64,000 bases of DNA from Candidatus Magasanikiibacteriota bacterium (lineage in GTDB: Bacteria; Patescibacteriota; Patescibacteriia; Magasanikbacterales; UBA922): assembly GCA_021648085.1 (NCBI GenBank), contig JAKITS010000001.1:746759-810758 (forward strand), written 5' to 3'. Below the pieces are notes generated by a model. It was given only the letters and a program-made list of their open reading frames with translations. It had not been told where the DNA came from and ran no database searches. The first letter of the stretch is position 1. Every line of letters starts with the position of its first letter. The translations under genes and the position numbers were made by a program. Positions 10,375 through 19,951 of this stretch are shown in pieces.

Positions 10375-10833
10375 TTAATTAATCTGACTAGCTATTTCAT
10401 ACATTGCAATCCCAGCAGCAACACTTACATTTAGACTTTCTTTTCTACCTTGCATATTTATATGAACCACTTCGTCACACATTTTCAAAATTTCAGGATT
10501 TACTCCATCCACTTCATTCCCTACCACAAGTGCAATTGGCCCGCTAAATTTTGCTTTTTGAAGAAGTACGCTTTTTTCACTTTGCTCCAAGGCAACGATT
10601 TTTACACCTTTCTTTTTTAAAATATTTATACAACGCTTCGCGCTTTTGTAATGTTTCCATTTCATCCATTTTTCTGCACCCAAAGAAACCTTGTCTATTT
10701 GTGGTTTTGGAGGACAAGCTGTATATCCACACAAAAAAAGTTTGGAAACACCAAAAGCGTCCGCAGTCCGAAACATTGCACCCACATTGTGGCACGACCT
10801 TATGTTTGGCAAAATTAAATAAAATTTATTCAT
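10375..10833 (-). CDS. SpoU/TrmH-family (SPOUT) RNA 2'-O-methyltransferase, minimal TrmL-like size
   Basis: 152 aa. Motifs LVVGNEVDGV and VHINMQGRKESLNVSVAAGIAMYE are typical of the SPOUT knot. Confidence 0.7.
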   Translation of the reverse strand: MNKFYLILPNIRSCHNVGAMFRTADAFGVSKLFLCGYTACPPKPQIDKVSLGAEKWMKWKHYKSAKRCINILKKKGVKIVALEQSEKSVLLQKAKFSGPIALVVGNEVDGVNPEILKMCDEVVHINMQGRKESLNVSVAAGIAMYEIASQIN

Positions 10834-10919
10834 ATCTAAACATTAAACCATAAAAAAGACAAAAAATAAAGAGCCACATAGCTTGTGACTCTTTCGGATA
10901 ATATTTAAATCAAAAGATA

Positions 10920-11228
10920 TTAAACCGCATCCTTGTTTTCCCAATCCTCATTTCTCTTAATATAAAACAACTCACTAGCAGGATATCTATCTTCTAAATA
11001 TTTATCCAATTTATCTTGCTCTTCTATAGAAAGTGTCTTATATAATTTTTTAAACTCCTCTTTTGCTATCACAGATTTATTCCAACCAATAGAAACTTCT
11101 TCAGACATAATTTCAGAAGTCCAAACTTTGACAGCTTCAACATAGTCTTTTAAAAACCCTAACATTTGTTCATTAGTTACTTTGTTTTGTTCAGGATTAT
11201 TTAATCCTGTTTCATAATTATTATTCAT
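10920..11228 (-). CDS. hypothetical protein
   Basis: 102-aa ORF with no recognisable motifs. Confidence 0.3.
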   Translation of the reverse strand: MNNNYETGLNNPEQNKVTNEQMLGFLKDYVEAVKVWTSEIMSEEVSIGWNKSVIAKEEFKKLYKTLSIEEQDKLDKYLEDRYPASELFYIKRNEDWENKDAV

Positions 11229-12026
11229 AAAATTATTATTTTTTATAACGCTTAAAATGAAAACGGAATTAAATTGTAAAAAGAACTATTTAAAAATTTA
11301 AGAAAAAACTTTTTTTGTTGCCTTAACTCAAGGTTAAGATGTTTGAGAAAAAATGTTTATAATTAAATTTTAAGGATTACGAACCGAAATGAAATGAATT
11401 GTGAAGCATGAAAACTAACTTTGAATTGTATTTAGACTCACTACATAATTGTTTGTAGCCAATTTTATAAAACATTGGCTAAAATGAATTATGTAGTGAG
11501 CCTACTCTAAAAATCTAAGGAAACTAACTTATACAACCAAACTTACGCTACGGAACTACGAGGTAGAAATAAAAAAACAGCAACTGAAACTAACAGGGCT
11601 GCCGTAAGATAATAGTAAACTACAGTAAAATTTTCTGAGCTAATTAGCTCTTGTTTATTTTGCATATGGATTTTATTTTTATTTTTGTTTTTTTGCCGTA
11701 ATTACGGACTTGTTGTCTACTCTTGGTTAAGAGTTAATTTTGAAACTTCTTTATTTTTGAAGTTCCTTTTAGAACCTGTTCATAATATTTTTTTGAGTCA
11801 ATTTTATTATATTTTGAGCGAAAATTTTATAAAAAAGTGAAGGATAATGGTATTATATTAAACTTTTTTATAGGATTTGTAGCCAAAATAAAATGAATTG
11901 AACGAAAAAGGATTATGAACAGGTTCTATGTAGACATTGTTCGACCTTTATAAATACAGTATATCACAAAATTGACCCTTTGTCAATGATGTCGTACAAT
12001 ATAATAAAGTCCCCTAACAAAGATAT

Positions 12027-12998
12027 ATGAGCAAAAATTTATTAGAGTTCCTACAAGAATTCCTTGAGCACTTAGAGATAGAAAAAAATCGTAGTCCAAA
12101 AACACTACAAAATTATGAGTTTTATGTAAACCGTTTTATAGAATGGTTTGGCGACAAAAAACCAGAAAAAATTAATTTAGAAGAAGTTAGAAAATATAGA
12201 ATTTGGCTAAACCGATTGGAAGATGTTCATGGCGACCCTCTCAAGAATAATACACAAAATTATCACCTTATTGCTTTGCGCTCATTTTTGAAATACTTGG
12301 CAAAACGAGATGTAAAAACGCTTACGCCAGAAAAAATTGAACTAATGAAAATGCCAGACCGTGATATAACTTTTCTAGAAGCATCGGATTTGAATAGAAT
12401 TTTGGAAGCACCAGAAAAACATTTAAAAACTCAGCAAACAAAAAACCCAAAAGTCTCCAGAACAACCAAGCTTATCGCCTATCGCGACAAATCTATTTTG
12501 GAAATGTTGTTTAGCACAGGACTTCGCGTCTCTGAATTGGCAAAATTAAAAAAAGAAAATGTAAATGTAAAACGCGATGAATTTACTGTAAAAGGAAAAG
12601 GTCAAAAATCTAGAATTGTATTTTTATCCGAACAAGCAAAACATTGGGTAAAAAAATATATCGCTGAACGCAATGATATGAATCCTTATTTATTTATCTC
12701 TCACAATCCAAATAAAACTGGTGAAAAAATAGAACACGCACCAATCACACCACGCTCTATTCAGAGACTAACAGAAAAATACGGAAAACTAGCAGGAATT
12801 ACAAAACAAGTGACACCGCACACACTTCGCCATTCTTACGCCACAGACCTACTCCGCAACGGCGCAGATATACGAAGCGTACAAATAATGCTGGGCCACA
12901 CCTCTATCACAACTACGCAAATTTATACTCATATTTCTGACAGAGAGTTGAAATCTGTTTATAAAAAGTTTCATAATAAAGATAAAGAAAGCGGATAA
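12027..12998 (+). CDS. site-specific tyrosine recombinase, XerC/XerD family
   Basis: 323 aa. The N-terminal SAM-like domain is LLEFLQEFLEHLEIEKNRSPKTLQNYEFYVNRFIEWFG. The C-terminal catalytic region is RVSELAKL ... HTLRHSYATDLLRNGADIRSVQIMLGHTSITTTQIYTH (R-H-R-Y). Confidence 0.85.
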   Translation: MSKNLLEFLQEFLEHLEIEKNRSPKTLQNYEFYVNRFIEWFGDKKPEKINLEEVRKYRIWLNRLEDVHGDPLKNNTQNYHLIALRSFLKYLAKRDVKTLTPEKIELMKMPDRDITFLEASDLNRILEAPEKHLKTQQTKNPKVSRTTKLIAYRDKSILEMLFSTGLRVSELAKLKKENVNVKRDEFTVKGKGQKSRIVFLSEQAKHWVKKYIAERNDMNPYLFISHNPNKTGEKIEHAPITPRSIQRLTEKYGKLAGITKQVTPHTLRHSYATDLLRNGADIRSVQIMLGHTSITTTQIYTHISDRELKSVYKKFHNKDKESG

Positions 12999-13066
12999 AT
13001 CGCTGTATCGTCCACTTTGTTCGCTTGGATTATAATAGGAACAGAGAAAATATAATACAAATTATA

Positions 13067-13103
13067 AAACCCCAAACGATAAATCGTCTGGGGTTTGTTT
13101 TTT
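13067..13103 (+). terminator. rho-independent terminator downstream of the recombinase gene
   Basis: ACCCCAAACGATAAATCGTCTGGGGTTTGTTTTTT. A second hairpin (ATCCCTCTCCAAAAG ... CTTTGGAGAGGGAT) lies at 13122-13160. Confidence 0.55.
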
Positions 13104-13872
13104 AAAGAGGAGTAATCCCTCTCCAAAAGAAAAATATTTTGTTTATCCTTTGGAGAGGGATCCAATATTACTTACAAACAAGGGCTGTTTCCAAACACAT
13201 TTTTAATTGAACTAACTTAACAAAATTAAAGAAAAAAAGTTGTATTAAATTATCGGAAAATCTTTTCTTTATATTGTTTTTACGAATTTTTAAAAAATAG
13301 TGTTTGGAAACAGTCCTGCAAGTTTATCAAAAAAATAAATTCTTTCAATAAACAAATATGGGCTTACCTTTTAACAACATCAAAAGTGCAAGAAATTCCA
13401 TATGTAGTTAATTTTAGAAAACTCCTCCCAACTTTAGTTACAATTTTTTGTAAATAAAGTTGGGGTGAGTTGAAGCCTCTGATGAACCTCAAACTTAAAT
13501 AAGTTAGAAATTCATTTGAGGTCAAGAGTCACGGCAACTACTAGCATATTTTTTACCAACCTCTTTCCCTCCAAAGTTTATAAAGGGATTTAATTTCTCT
13601 CTTGCAAACCTAAACTTACGAAAAAAGTGGTTTTTGAAAAAAACACGCTGTTTTTAACTTTTTTAGCTAAATTTAGCCAAAAACAGTCTTTTTTATCATT
13701 TTTAGGAACATTTGTGAAACAATTCTGTTTCAAACCTAACTTTCTAATTATTTAATAAATAAGTATACCACAAAAAAGTCCTTTTGTCAAGGATTTTAGG
13801 TGTTAGACTAAGTATATAAAGTAAAAAATTAGAAAATTTTATAACAAAAAAACACCTTATTAAAATGTTTGA

Positions 13873-14020
13873 CTAAAAACTCTATCATTTCGAATCCAAG
13901 AATATGAATGAGAAATTGCTTAAATGTTGTAATTAAATATATTTAGTGTTTTAAAAATGTTTAAAGGGTTCCCGTCTGCCGGCGTGCCGGCCTCACTATC
14001 GTTCGAAGTGCCGGGAAAAG
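13873..14020. mobile_element. MITE-like element, family C (CTATCATTTCGAATCC ... AAATGTTTAAAGGGTTCC + GCCGGC hairpin ... TTCGAACGATAG)
   Basis: It is related to 57407-57555, and a fragment lies at 54003-54075. The imperfect terminal inverted repeats are TCTGTCATTTCGAA / TTCGAAATGACAGA. Confidence 0.5.
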
Positions 14021-14211
14021 ACGTTTAATTTGTCAGTTTTATGCTTTGGTGAACCAAATTAGGGAACCCGTGCCGGCAGGCAAATATCCCTGTGCAGTAT
14101 CACTATTTATAATCTATTCCACTTTCACAAAATCCCTCTTTGACGCTCGGGATGACATGTATTTTTTGTATCATGTTATCTACATCATGTATTTTGTATT
14201 TGTTTGTCATA

Positions 14212-15873
14212 CTATTCTTCTATAAAAACAATAACTTTTTGACCCTCTTTCAACCCACTTACTATTTCTATACTTCCATCTACTCCACGAATTCCTGTTT
14301 CTACTGCAACCTCCACGATCATTTCTCCTTGCAAAACACGGACATATTTATCTCCACTTCTCCTAATCACAGCTCTTTGTGGAATTGCGATTACATTTTC
14401 TTTCGTTTTGTTTACAATGTCAATATTTGCCGTCATTCCAGAACGAATTCTTTCATCTTCTTCTATAAAATCAAATGTTGTTCTGTATGTTGCCACACCT
14501 TCAAACACGGTTTCTGCAGGATCTATAAAAGAAACAATAGCATCAAAATGTGCATCGTTTCCATAAGCGTCCAGTGTGACATTTGAAATATTTCCCAAAG
14601 CAACACTAGAAATATCTACTTCTGGGATATTGGCTTCAATTTCAAATTTTGTCTCAGAAATAAGTGTAATTATAGGACTGTTTGCTGTCACAATTTCACC
14701 TTTTTCTATTCCTACTTTTGTCACCAAACCTTTTATCGGAGAAATGATAATATCTTTTGTATATTGTGCTTGCAAATTTTGTATATTTGCTCGCGATGCG
14801 TTCACATTCGCTTTTTGAGCATTTATTTGTTCTATAGATGACCCAGATTTTTTTATATTTAAATTGTCTTTTTCTATCGCCAAAGTATTTTCTGCAGTAC
14901 TTATCGCCATTCGTGCAGTAAGTATAGAATTTGTATTTGTAGCTTTTTGAACTACTATAGACTGTTGCGCCAATGTAAGATTATAAATTTCAGTTGTCAC
15001 ACTTGTTTTTGCACTCTCTACAGATGATTTGTCTGAGGCAGAAAAAGAAGATGTCACTTTTATTTTTTCAACCGCTTTTAACACGTCTTGTAGTGCTGCA
15101 ATTGCTCGAACAGACGAATCTTCTATATCCACTCTATCTTGAGTATCTATTGCATTTTGAACTTCTCCATATGCTCCTCCGGTCAGTGGACTTATAAATT
15201 CAGAAAGCCAACCTCCAGCCGACGTACCAAGCAAACTTTGAAGTGCTTTGGATTGAAAATCTTCCAACTCCAAAACAACCAAATCATTGGAAGACCCATA
15301 ATATGTTGATTGGATATTTGCTATAAAAACTATAGCATTTTTACCAACTCCTACAGCTTTTTGTGCTGTCACCAGTGTTGTAATATAAGAATTATCTAAA
15401 TCAGTTTCAGCTTTTGATTTTACATTTTCCAAATTTTTCCTAGCTTCCAATAAATTTTTATTTGCATTAAATACTTTTGTTTCTGCCAATTGAATTTCTT
15501 CTGGTCTTGTTCCTCTTTCCAACTCAGCAAGTCTTGCCAACTCTGCCTGCAAATTTGCATTTGCTTGAGCAATCTGTGCTGACAAAATAGGATTAGACAC
15601 TCTTGCAAGTACTTGCCCCAAATAAACATCATCTCCAACTTCTACGTTTACTGCCCCAATTTTACCAGATTTTTCAAAAGCCAATTCCACTTGATTGCTA
15701 GAAATTACTTTTCCTGTTACACTTACATCTTGAGAAATGTCTGATTTTTCTGCAACAACAAATCTATAAGGTAAAATCTCTTCTTTGCTTAAAGAGTAAG
15801 CAGTCATAATTGAACCTAAAATAATAATAATTCCAAAAATTATCAAAGGAATTTTGAATTTTCCTAGTTTCAT
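14212..15873 (-). CDS. HlyD-family periplasmic adaptor (membrane fusion protein) of an efflux/ABC export system
   Basis: 553 aa. It has an N-terminal TM anchor, the HlyD N-terminus SQDVSVTGKVISSNQVELAFEKSGKIGAVNVEVGDDVYLGQVLARV, a long coiled coil and a C-terminal beta-barrel segment (GMTANIDIVNKTKENVIAIPQRAVI). No cognate transporter gene is adjacent. Confidence 0.65.
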   Translation of the reverse strand: MKLGKFKIPLIIFGIIIILGSIMTAYSLSKEEILPYRFVVAEKSDISQDVSVTGKVISSNQVELAFEKSGKIGAVNVEVGDDVYLGQVLARVSNPILSAQIAQANANLQAELARLAELERGTRPEEIQLAETKVFNANKNLLEARKNLENVKSKAETDLDNSYITTLVTAQKAVGVGKNAIVFIANIQSTYYGSSNDLVVLELEDFQSKALQSLLGTSAGGWLSEFISPLTGGAYGEVQNAIDTQDRVDIEDSSVRAIAALQDVLKAVEKIKVTSSFSASDKSSVESAKTSVTTEIYNLTLAQQSIVVQKATNTNSILTARMAISTAENTLAIEKDNLNIKKSGSSIEQINAQKANVNASRANIQNLQAQYTKDIIISPIKGLVTKVGIEKGEIVTANSPIITLISETKFEIEANIPEVDISSVALGNISNVTLDAYGNDAHFDAIVSFIDPAETVFEGVATYRTTFDFIEEDERIRSGMTANIDIVNKTKENVIAIPQRAVIRRSGDKYVRVLQGEMIVEVAVETGIRGVDGSIEIVSGLKEGQKVIVFIEE

Positions 15874-15946
15874 AAATGTTTTATTAAGTTAGTTTACATC
15901 ATACCATAAAAAATATAAAATATGATACAAAAAAATAAAAACTTCT

Positions 15947-16045
15947 AATTTGTCATTCTCAGCTTGACTGGGAATCCAGAAGTTTAAATAACCAGAATGT
16001 TGACACAAATCCTGGATCCTCAATCAAGTTGAGGATGACAATTAA
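15947..16045. mobile_element. short family-B-related MITE variant (TTTGTCATTCTCAGCTTGACTGGGAATCCAGAAG ... CCTGGATCCTCAATCAAGTTGAGGATGACAAT)
   Basis: Its termini match the reverse complement of the family B ends. Confidence 0.45.
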
Positions 16046-16181
16046 AATGAAGAAGGACAAAAAATTATTATTTTTTATAATTATTTTTTTAAAAAAATAC
16101 AAAAATTTTCATTTTCATTGACAAAAAGCTAAAAATAAGCTATTATTTCCTATGAATACAACTGTAAAAAAGTTGTCTCAT

Positions 16182-16253
16182 GCCCTTATAGTTCAACGGA
16201 TAGAACATCGGCCTTCTAAGCCGAGGATGTAGGTTCGATTCCTGCTGGGGGTA
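16182..16253 (+). tRNA. tRNA-Arg (anticodon TCT)
   Basis: Cloverleaf by hand: acceptor GCCCTTA/TGGGGGT (with G-U pairs), D-arm GTTC-AACGGATA-GAAC, anticodon stem TCGGC/GCCGA, loop CTTCTAA, T-arm GTAGG-TTCGATT-CCTGC. Confidence 0.8.
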
Positions 16254-16471
16254 CTGGGGACTATTTTCAAATACCATTTCTATTAAAATTTCTAAATTCC
16301 GCCTACGACTTCAAGAAAATAGTTAGATTATGCTATGGCATAAGCGAAAAATTTTCTTTTTGTCTCGGCAGAAATTTAAAAACTTTAATAACGAAAGCGT
16401 ATTTAAAAACAGACTTAATGATCTATTTTTAAATATTCTATTTCAAAAAAAATTATTCATAACATATTTAT

Positions 16472-17254
16472 ATGTACACAGTACTTATACTAGTTCTAGT
16501 TATCGTATTAGTGAGTATTCGCCAAATCAACGAATACCAAAGAGGAGTTAAATTTCAACTTGGTAAATTTACAAAAGTTTTAAATCCAGGTTGGAACTTG
16601 ATAATTCCTATTTTCCAAAGCATGACAAAAGTGGATATTCGTATCCGCACAGCAGATGTGCCTTTTCAAGAAGCAATTACAAAAGATAATGTTTCTGCGA
16701 AAATTAACGCTGTAATTTATTACAAAGTATCAGATCCCGCAAAAGCTATTCTTGAGATTGAAAACTTCAAATTTGCAGTGAGCCAGCTAGCTCAAACTAC
16801 AATGAGGAACATTGTTGGTGAAATGGAACTAGATGAGTTGCTTGCAAACAGAGAAATTGCTGCAAAAAGTATTAAAGAAATCGTCGACAAAGCTTCTGAC
16901 CCTTGGGGAATTGAAGTTGAGTCAGTAGAATTAAAAGATATTATTTTGGCAGATGACATGCAAAGAGTAATTGCAAAGCAGGCCGAAGCTGAGCGTGAAA
17001 AGAGAGCTGTAATCATCAAATCTACTGGTGAGGTGATGGCAGCAGAAAACTTGGCAACAGCAGCAAAAATGTTGGCTGTGACTCCAGGAGCATTACACTT
17101 AAGAACTTTAAACACTTTGAACGACTTAAGTTCAGATCAATCAAACACAGTTATCTTTGCACTTCCACTAGAAGTACTTAGAGCTTTCGAAAGAGTTGGA
17201 ACAGATCCAAAAGAAATTAAAGATGCAATTGAAAAAGTAGGAAAATTACTTTAA
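16472..17254 (+). CDS. SPFH/band-7 (stomatin/prohibitin-like) membrane protein
   Basis: 260 aa. It has an N-terminal TM helix and the SPFH core IDIRIRTADVPFQEAITKDNVSAKINAVIYYKVSDPAKA. The C-terminal region is coiled coil. Confidence 0.8.
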   Translation: MYTVLILVLVIVLVSIRQINEYQRGVKFQLGKFTKVLNPGWNLIIPIFQSMTKVDIRIRTADVPFQEAITKDNVSAKINAVIYYKVSDPAKAILEIENFKFAVSQLAQTTMRNIVGEMELDELLANREIAAKSIKEIVDKASDPWGIEVESVELKDIILADDMQRVIAKQAEAEREKRAVIIKSTGEVMAAENLATAAKMLAVTPGALHLRTLNTLNDLSSDQSNTVIFALPLEVLRAFERVGTDPKEIKDAIEKVGKLL

Positions 17255-17273
17255 AGTAAAATCCAAAAAATAA

Positions 17274-17300
17274 AAAACTCGCAAAAATGCGAGTTTTTTA
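17274..17300 (+). terminator. rho-independent terminator (AAAAACTCGCAAAAATGCGAGTTTTTTATTTT)
   Basis: Hairpin plus T-run directly after the SPFH gene. Confidence 0.65.
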
Positions 17301-17333
17301 TTTTAGGGTCGCCTACTGAAGGAAGTTAGAATT

Positions 17334-18371
17334 TTAATTATTCAAAAACAAATCAATATATTTTTTATAACTATAACTTTTATCATAAATTTCATTTTCA
17401 TCTAATAGTTGTAAGATACCAAGATCTATAAATCTATATATAACCCTATCAGCACCCGAACGAGTATAGCCAGTCCATTCCATTATAATTTTAGACGATA
17501 TAATTGGCTGTCCATACAACTTTTTTAAAACCTTTACACCACTTTCTGATTCTCGCTTACCCAAAGATCTTAACTTACACATATCTTCTTCATATAATTC
17601 AGTAATATTTTTACATATATTAATAGATTTATTACTAATTTCTATAATACCATCCAAAAAAAAGTTAACCCATGCTTCAACTTCTCCTTCATGATAATTG
17701 TTCAGTTTTTGATAATATATTTTTTGATGTTTCTTAAAATAAGACGATAGAAATAAAACGGGCGATTCCAAAAGTCCCCTATTAATTAGCATCATTGTAA
17801 CAAGTAAACGACCCGTTCTTCCGTTTCCATCAAGAAATGGATGTATTGTTTCAAAATGTGCATGCATTAATGCAATATGAATTAAAGGTAGTGTCGCTTT
17901 TTTATTATGTAAAAATTCTTCAAAATCACCTAAAGCACGCCTCATATCTATTACTGGTGGAGGTACAAATGAAGCGTTAAGCGGATTTGTTCCTCCAATC
18001 CAATTTTGTGAAACACGAAAATCTCCCGGATTAGGATATTGTGTAAATCTTGCCCCAGTCATCAATTTTTTATGTAATTCTTTTATAAACCTTAATGAGA
18101 AAGGAAAATTCTTCAATCTATCAATTCCATATTTAAAAGCCTTTATATAATACAAAATATCATCAGCATCAGAATCATCAACTTCTAGTCCAACCTTTGC
18201 TCCCAAAGCTTCTGCCATCGTCGCCTTTGTTCCTTCTATTTGGGCAGACGATGTAGCATCTTTTGCAACAAACATATTAAGAAAAAAATCTGTGCTAGGC
18301 AACTTATGTGTTATTCCGTCTAATTTAGAAACTGAACCTCTTGCTTCATCTGCTTTTATCATTGTTTCCAT
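17334..18371 (-). CDS. fic: Fic-family protein (class II, N-terminal inhibitory motif), probable AMPylase / adenylyltransferase
   Basis: Canonical Fic motif HPFLDGNGRTGRLL. The N-terminal SxxxEG inhibitory motif (SAQIEGT) is present, and there is a C-terminal winged-helix-like tail. Confidence 0.85.
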   Translation of the reverse strand: METMIKADEARGSVSKLDGITHKLPSTDFFLNMFVAKDATSSAQIEGTKATMAEALGAKVGLEVDDSDADDILYYIKAFKYGIDRLKNFPFSLRFIKELHKKLMTGARFTQYPNPGDFRVSQNWIGGTNPLNASFVPPPVIDMRRALGDFEEFLHNKKATLPLIHIALMHAHFETIHPFLDGNGRTGRLLVTMMLINRGLLESPVLFLSSYFKKHQKIYYQKLNNYHEGEVEAWVNFFLDGIIEISNKSINICKNITELYEEDMCKLRSLGKRESESGVKVLKKLYGQPIISSKIIMEWTGYTRSGADRVIYRFIDLGILQLLDENEIYDKSYSYKKYIDLFLNN

Positions 18372-18620
18372 TGAAAAAATTAAAAATATCCTTCACTGGA
18401 AAAGAATGTGGAATAAAAGCAGAAAAACCTTTTTTTTGCTTAACGTTTTTACCTATTTCGATATTCATAGTTAGTATACTTTAATTCTTTATACATATAC
18501 TATCTTAGTATTTAGTATATATTTTGTCGAGCAATGTATACTAAATATTTTTTCTTTAAAACTTAATAGTTCTTATTTTATATAAAAAACAGCCTTTTTC
18601 AAAGCTGTTTTTTGTTTTTG

Positions 18621-18693
18621 GGTGGTATTCGGGAATTGAACCCGAATTTTCGGCACCACAAGCCGAAGTAATAACCATTATACCAATACCACC
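18621..18693 (-). tRNA. tRNA-His (anticodon GTG) with a genomically encoded G-1
   Basis: In the reverse complement: the acceptor GTGGTAT/ATACCAC is perfect, G-1 pairs with discriminator C73, the anticodon stem is TCGGC/GCCGA with loop TTGTGGT, and the T-arm is TCGGG-TTCAATT-CCCGA. A palindromic terminator follows at 18580-18615. Confidence 0.75.
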
Positions 18694-19002
18694 ATATAAT
18701 AGGCCTAGTCTCTATTTACGTAAAAATTATACAACATTTTTAACTATAAGTCAAGACTATGTGTAAGAACTAAAATATTATACATATTAGTTTTGGTAGT
18801 TTTCTAAAAACTTTGAATGTTTTTTGTTTTTGTAATACTTTCACGAGATCCTTCGGCTTCGCTCAGGATGACGTGTGAGTATTTTGCCATTCTCAGCTTG
18901 ACTGGGGCAAAGGTTTATATCATTGTTCATTGACTAAAGACTCCTGGATTCCCGGTCAAGCCGGGAATGACAATATGAACAAGAACTTTATAAACTTTTA
19001 TT

Positions 19003-19036
19003 AAAAAAGCTGGCAGTTTTACACTGCCAGCTATAT
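19003..19036 (-). terminator. rho-independent terminator (AGCTGGCAGT ... ACTGCCAGCT) after the gene ending at 19038
   Basis: Perfect hairpin with flanking A/T runs. Confidence 0.6.
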
Positions 19037-19037
19037 T

Positions 19038-19844
19038 TTAGATTTGCACAGAAAAACCGTGCATCATTTCATTATACATTCCAAAAGGAAACGGAATCGG
19101 GAAAGCCCAAATTTCTCTGGAGACAAAAACAAGCGTTGGTGGCTCCAATTTTCCCAACCATTCAGGTTCAAAATCTTGAGTAAAAGTAGTTAGACTTCCA
19201 GAGGTTGCACCTATAAACACCTCTGTAAGACTGTAATCTACCAAAATCCGAGCACACTTGAAATTCGGCTGAACTCCATATTTTAACGGAACATCTGGGT
19301 GTTCTGTATACACAAATTTTCCTCTAGAAATATGCTTGGCATAACCAAATTGAGCCGGTGAATCTTCTGGATAACACCAGATAAGCACTTCGCTCATACA
19401 TATTTCATCTTCAGAAAGAGGCTTCATTGGACAGGGATCCCAGTAGTTTTCACGCTCATCGCCATCCATATCCATATCACAAGTATCTCCAAAACCATCA
19501 CCATCTAAATCATCCTGTCCGGGATTATACTTACCTGAACAATTATCAAAAAATGCTGGAATTCCATCTTCATCTGCATCATGGCAAATATCTTCGATTT
19601 CATCGTTCCCAGATGGGCAGTCCACAACCCCATCACAAACAACATCTTCTGGCTTCCAATCTGTTTCGCCGTAAAAATCTCCACAATTGAAAAGTTTATA
19701 AATTTCTGCGGTAATATCACTTGAAGGATACTCCCTAAATTGTTCTGGAAGTTCCGGTCTTTCGGTTGCTAATTCTGGAAGTTCCAACTTGTCGCAACTA
19801 AATATTGCAATAAGTATCATAAATAAAACACCAAACCATTTCAT
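19038..19844 (-). CDS. secreted or lipo-protein with thrombospondin type-3-like Ca-binding repeats
   Basis: The probable start is the ATG at 19844, preceded by AGGAGA. The signal peptide MKWFGVLFMILIAIFSC has a lipobox-like Cys. Acidic DxDxDG repeats follow (DGVVDCPSGNDEIEDIC, DADEDGIPAFFDNC, DDLDGDGFGDTCDMDMDGDE). Confidence 0.5.
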   Translation of the reverse strand: MKWFGVLFMILIAIFSCDKLELPELATERPELPEQFREYPSSDITAEIYKLFNCGDFYGETDWKPEDVVCDGVVDCPSGNDEIEDICHDADEDGIPAFFDNCSGKYNPGQDDLDGDGFGDTCDMDMDGDERENYWDPCPMKPLSEDEICMSEVLIWCYPEDSPAQFGYAKHISRGKFVYTEHPDVPLKYGVQPNFKCARILVDYSLTEVFIGATSGSLTTFTQDFEPEWLGKLEPPTLVFVSREIWAFPIPFPFGMYNEMMHGFSVQI

Positions 19845-19951
19845 TCTTCTCTCCTTTTTTGAATGAATAAATTTAAATGAACCATACATAAAAATAACAT
19901 ATTTTATTTATTTTGTCAATAAAAAAACTTAGGTTTTTAATCTAAGTTTTT

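Noticed and set aside
11395-11700. tmRNA or other large housekeeping ncRNA in the long spacer
   Set aside because: No tRNA-like acceptor or T-arm (GGTTCGA ... CCA) and no convincing tag-peptide frame ending in a hydrophobic tail plus stop were found. Only generic hairpins are present.
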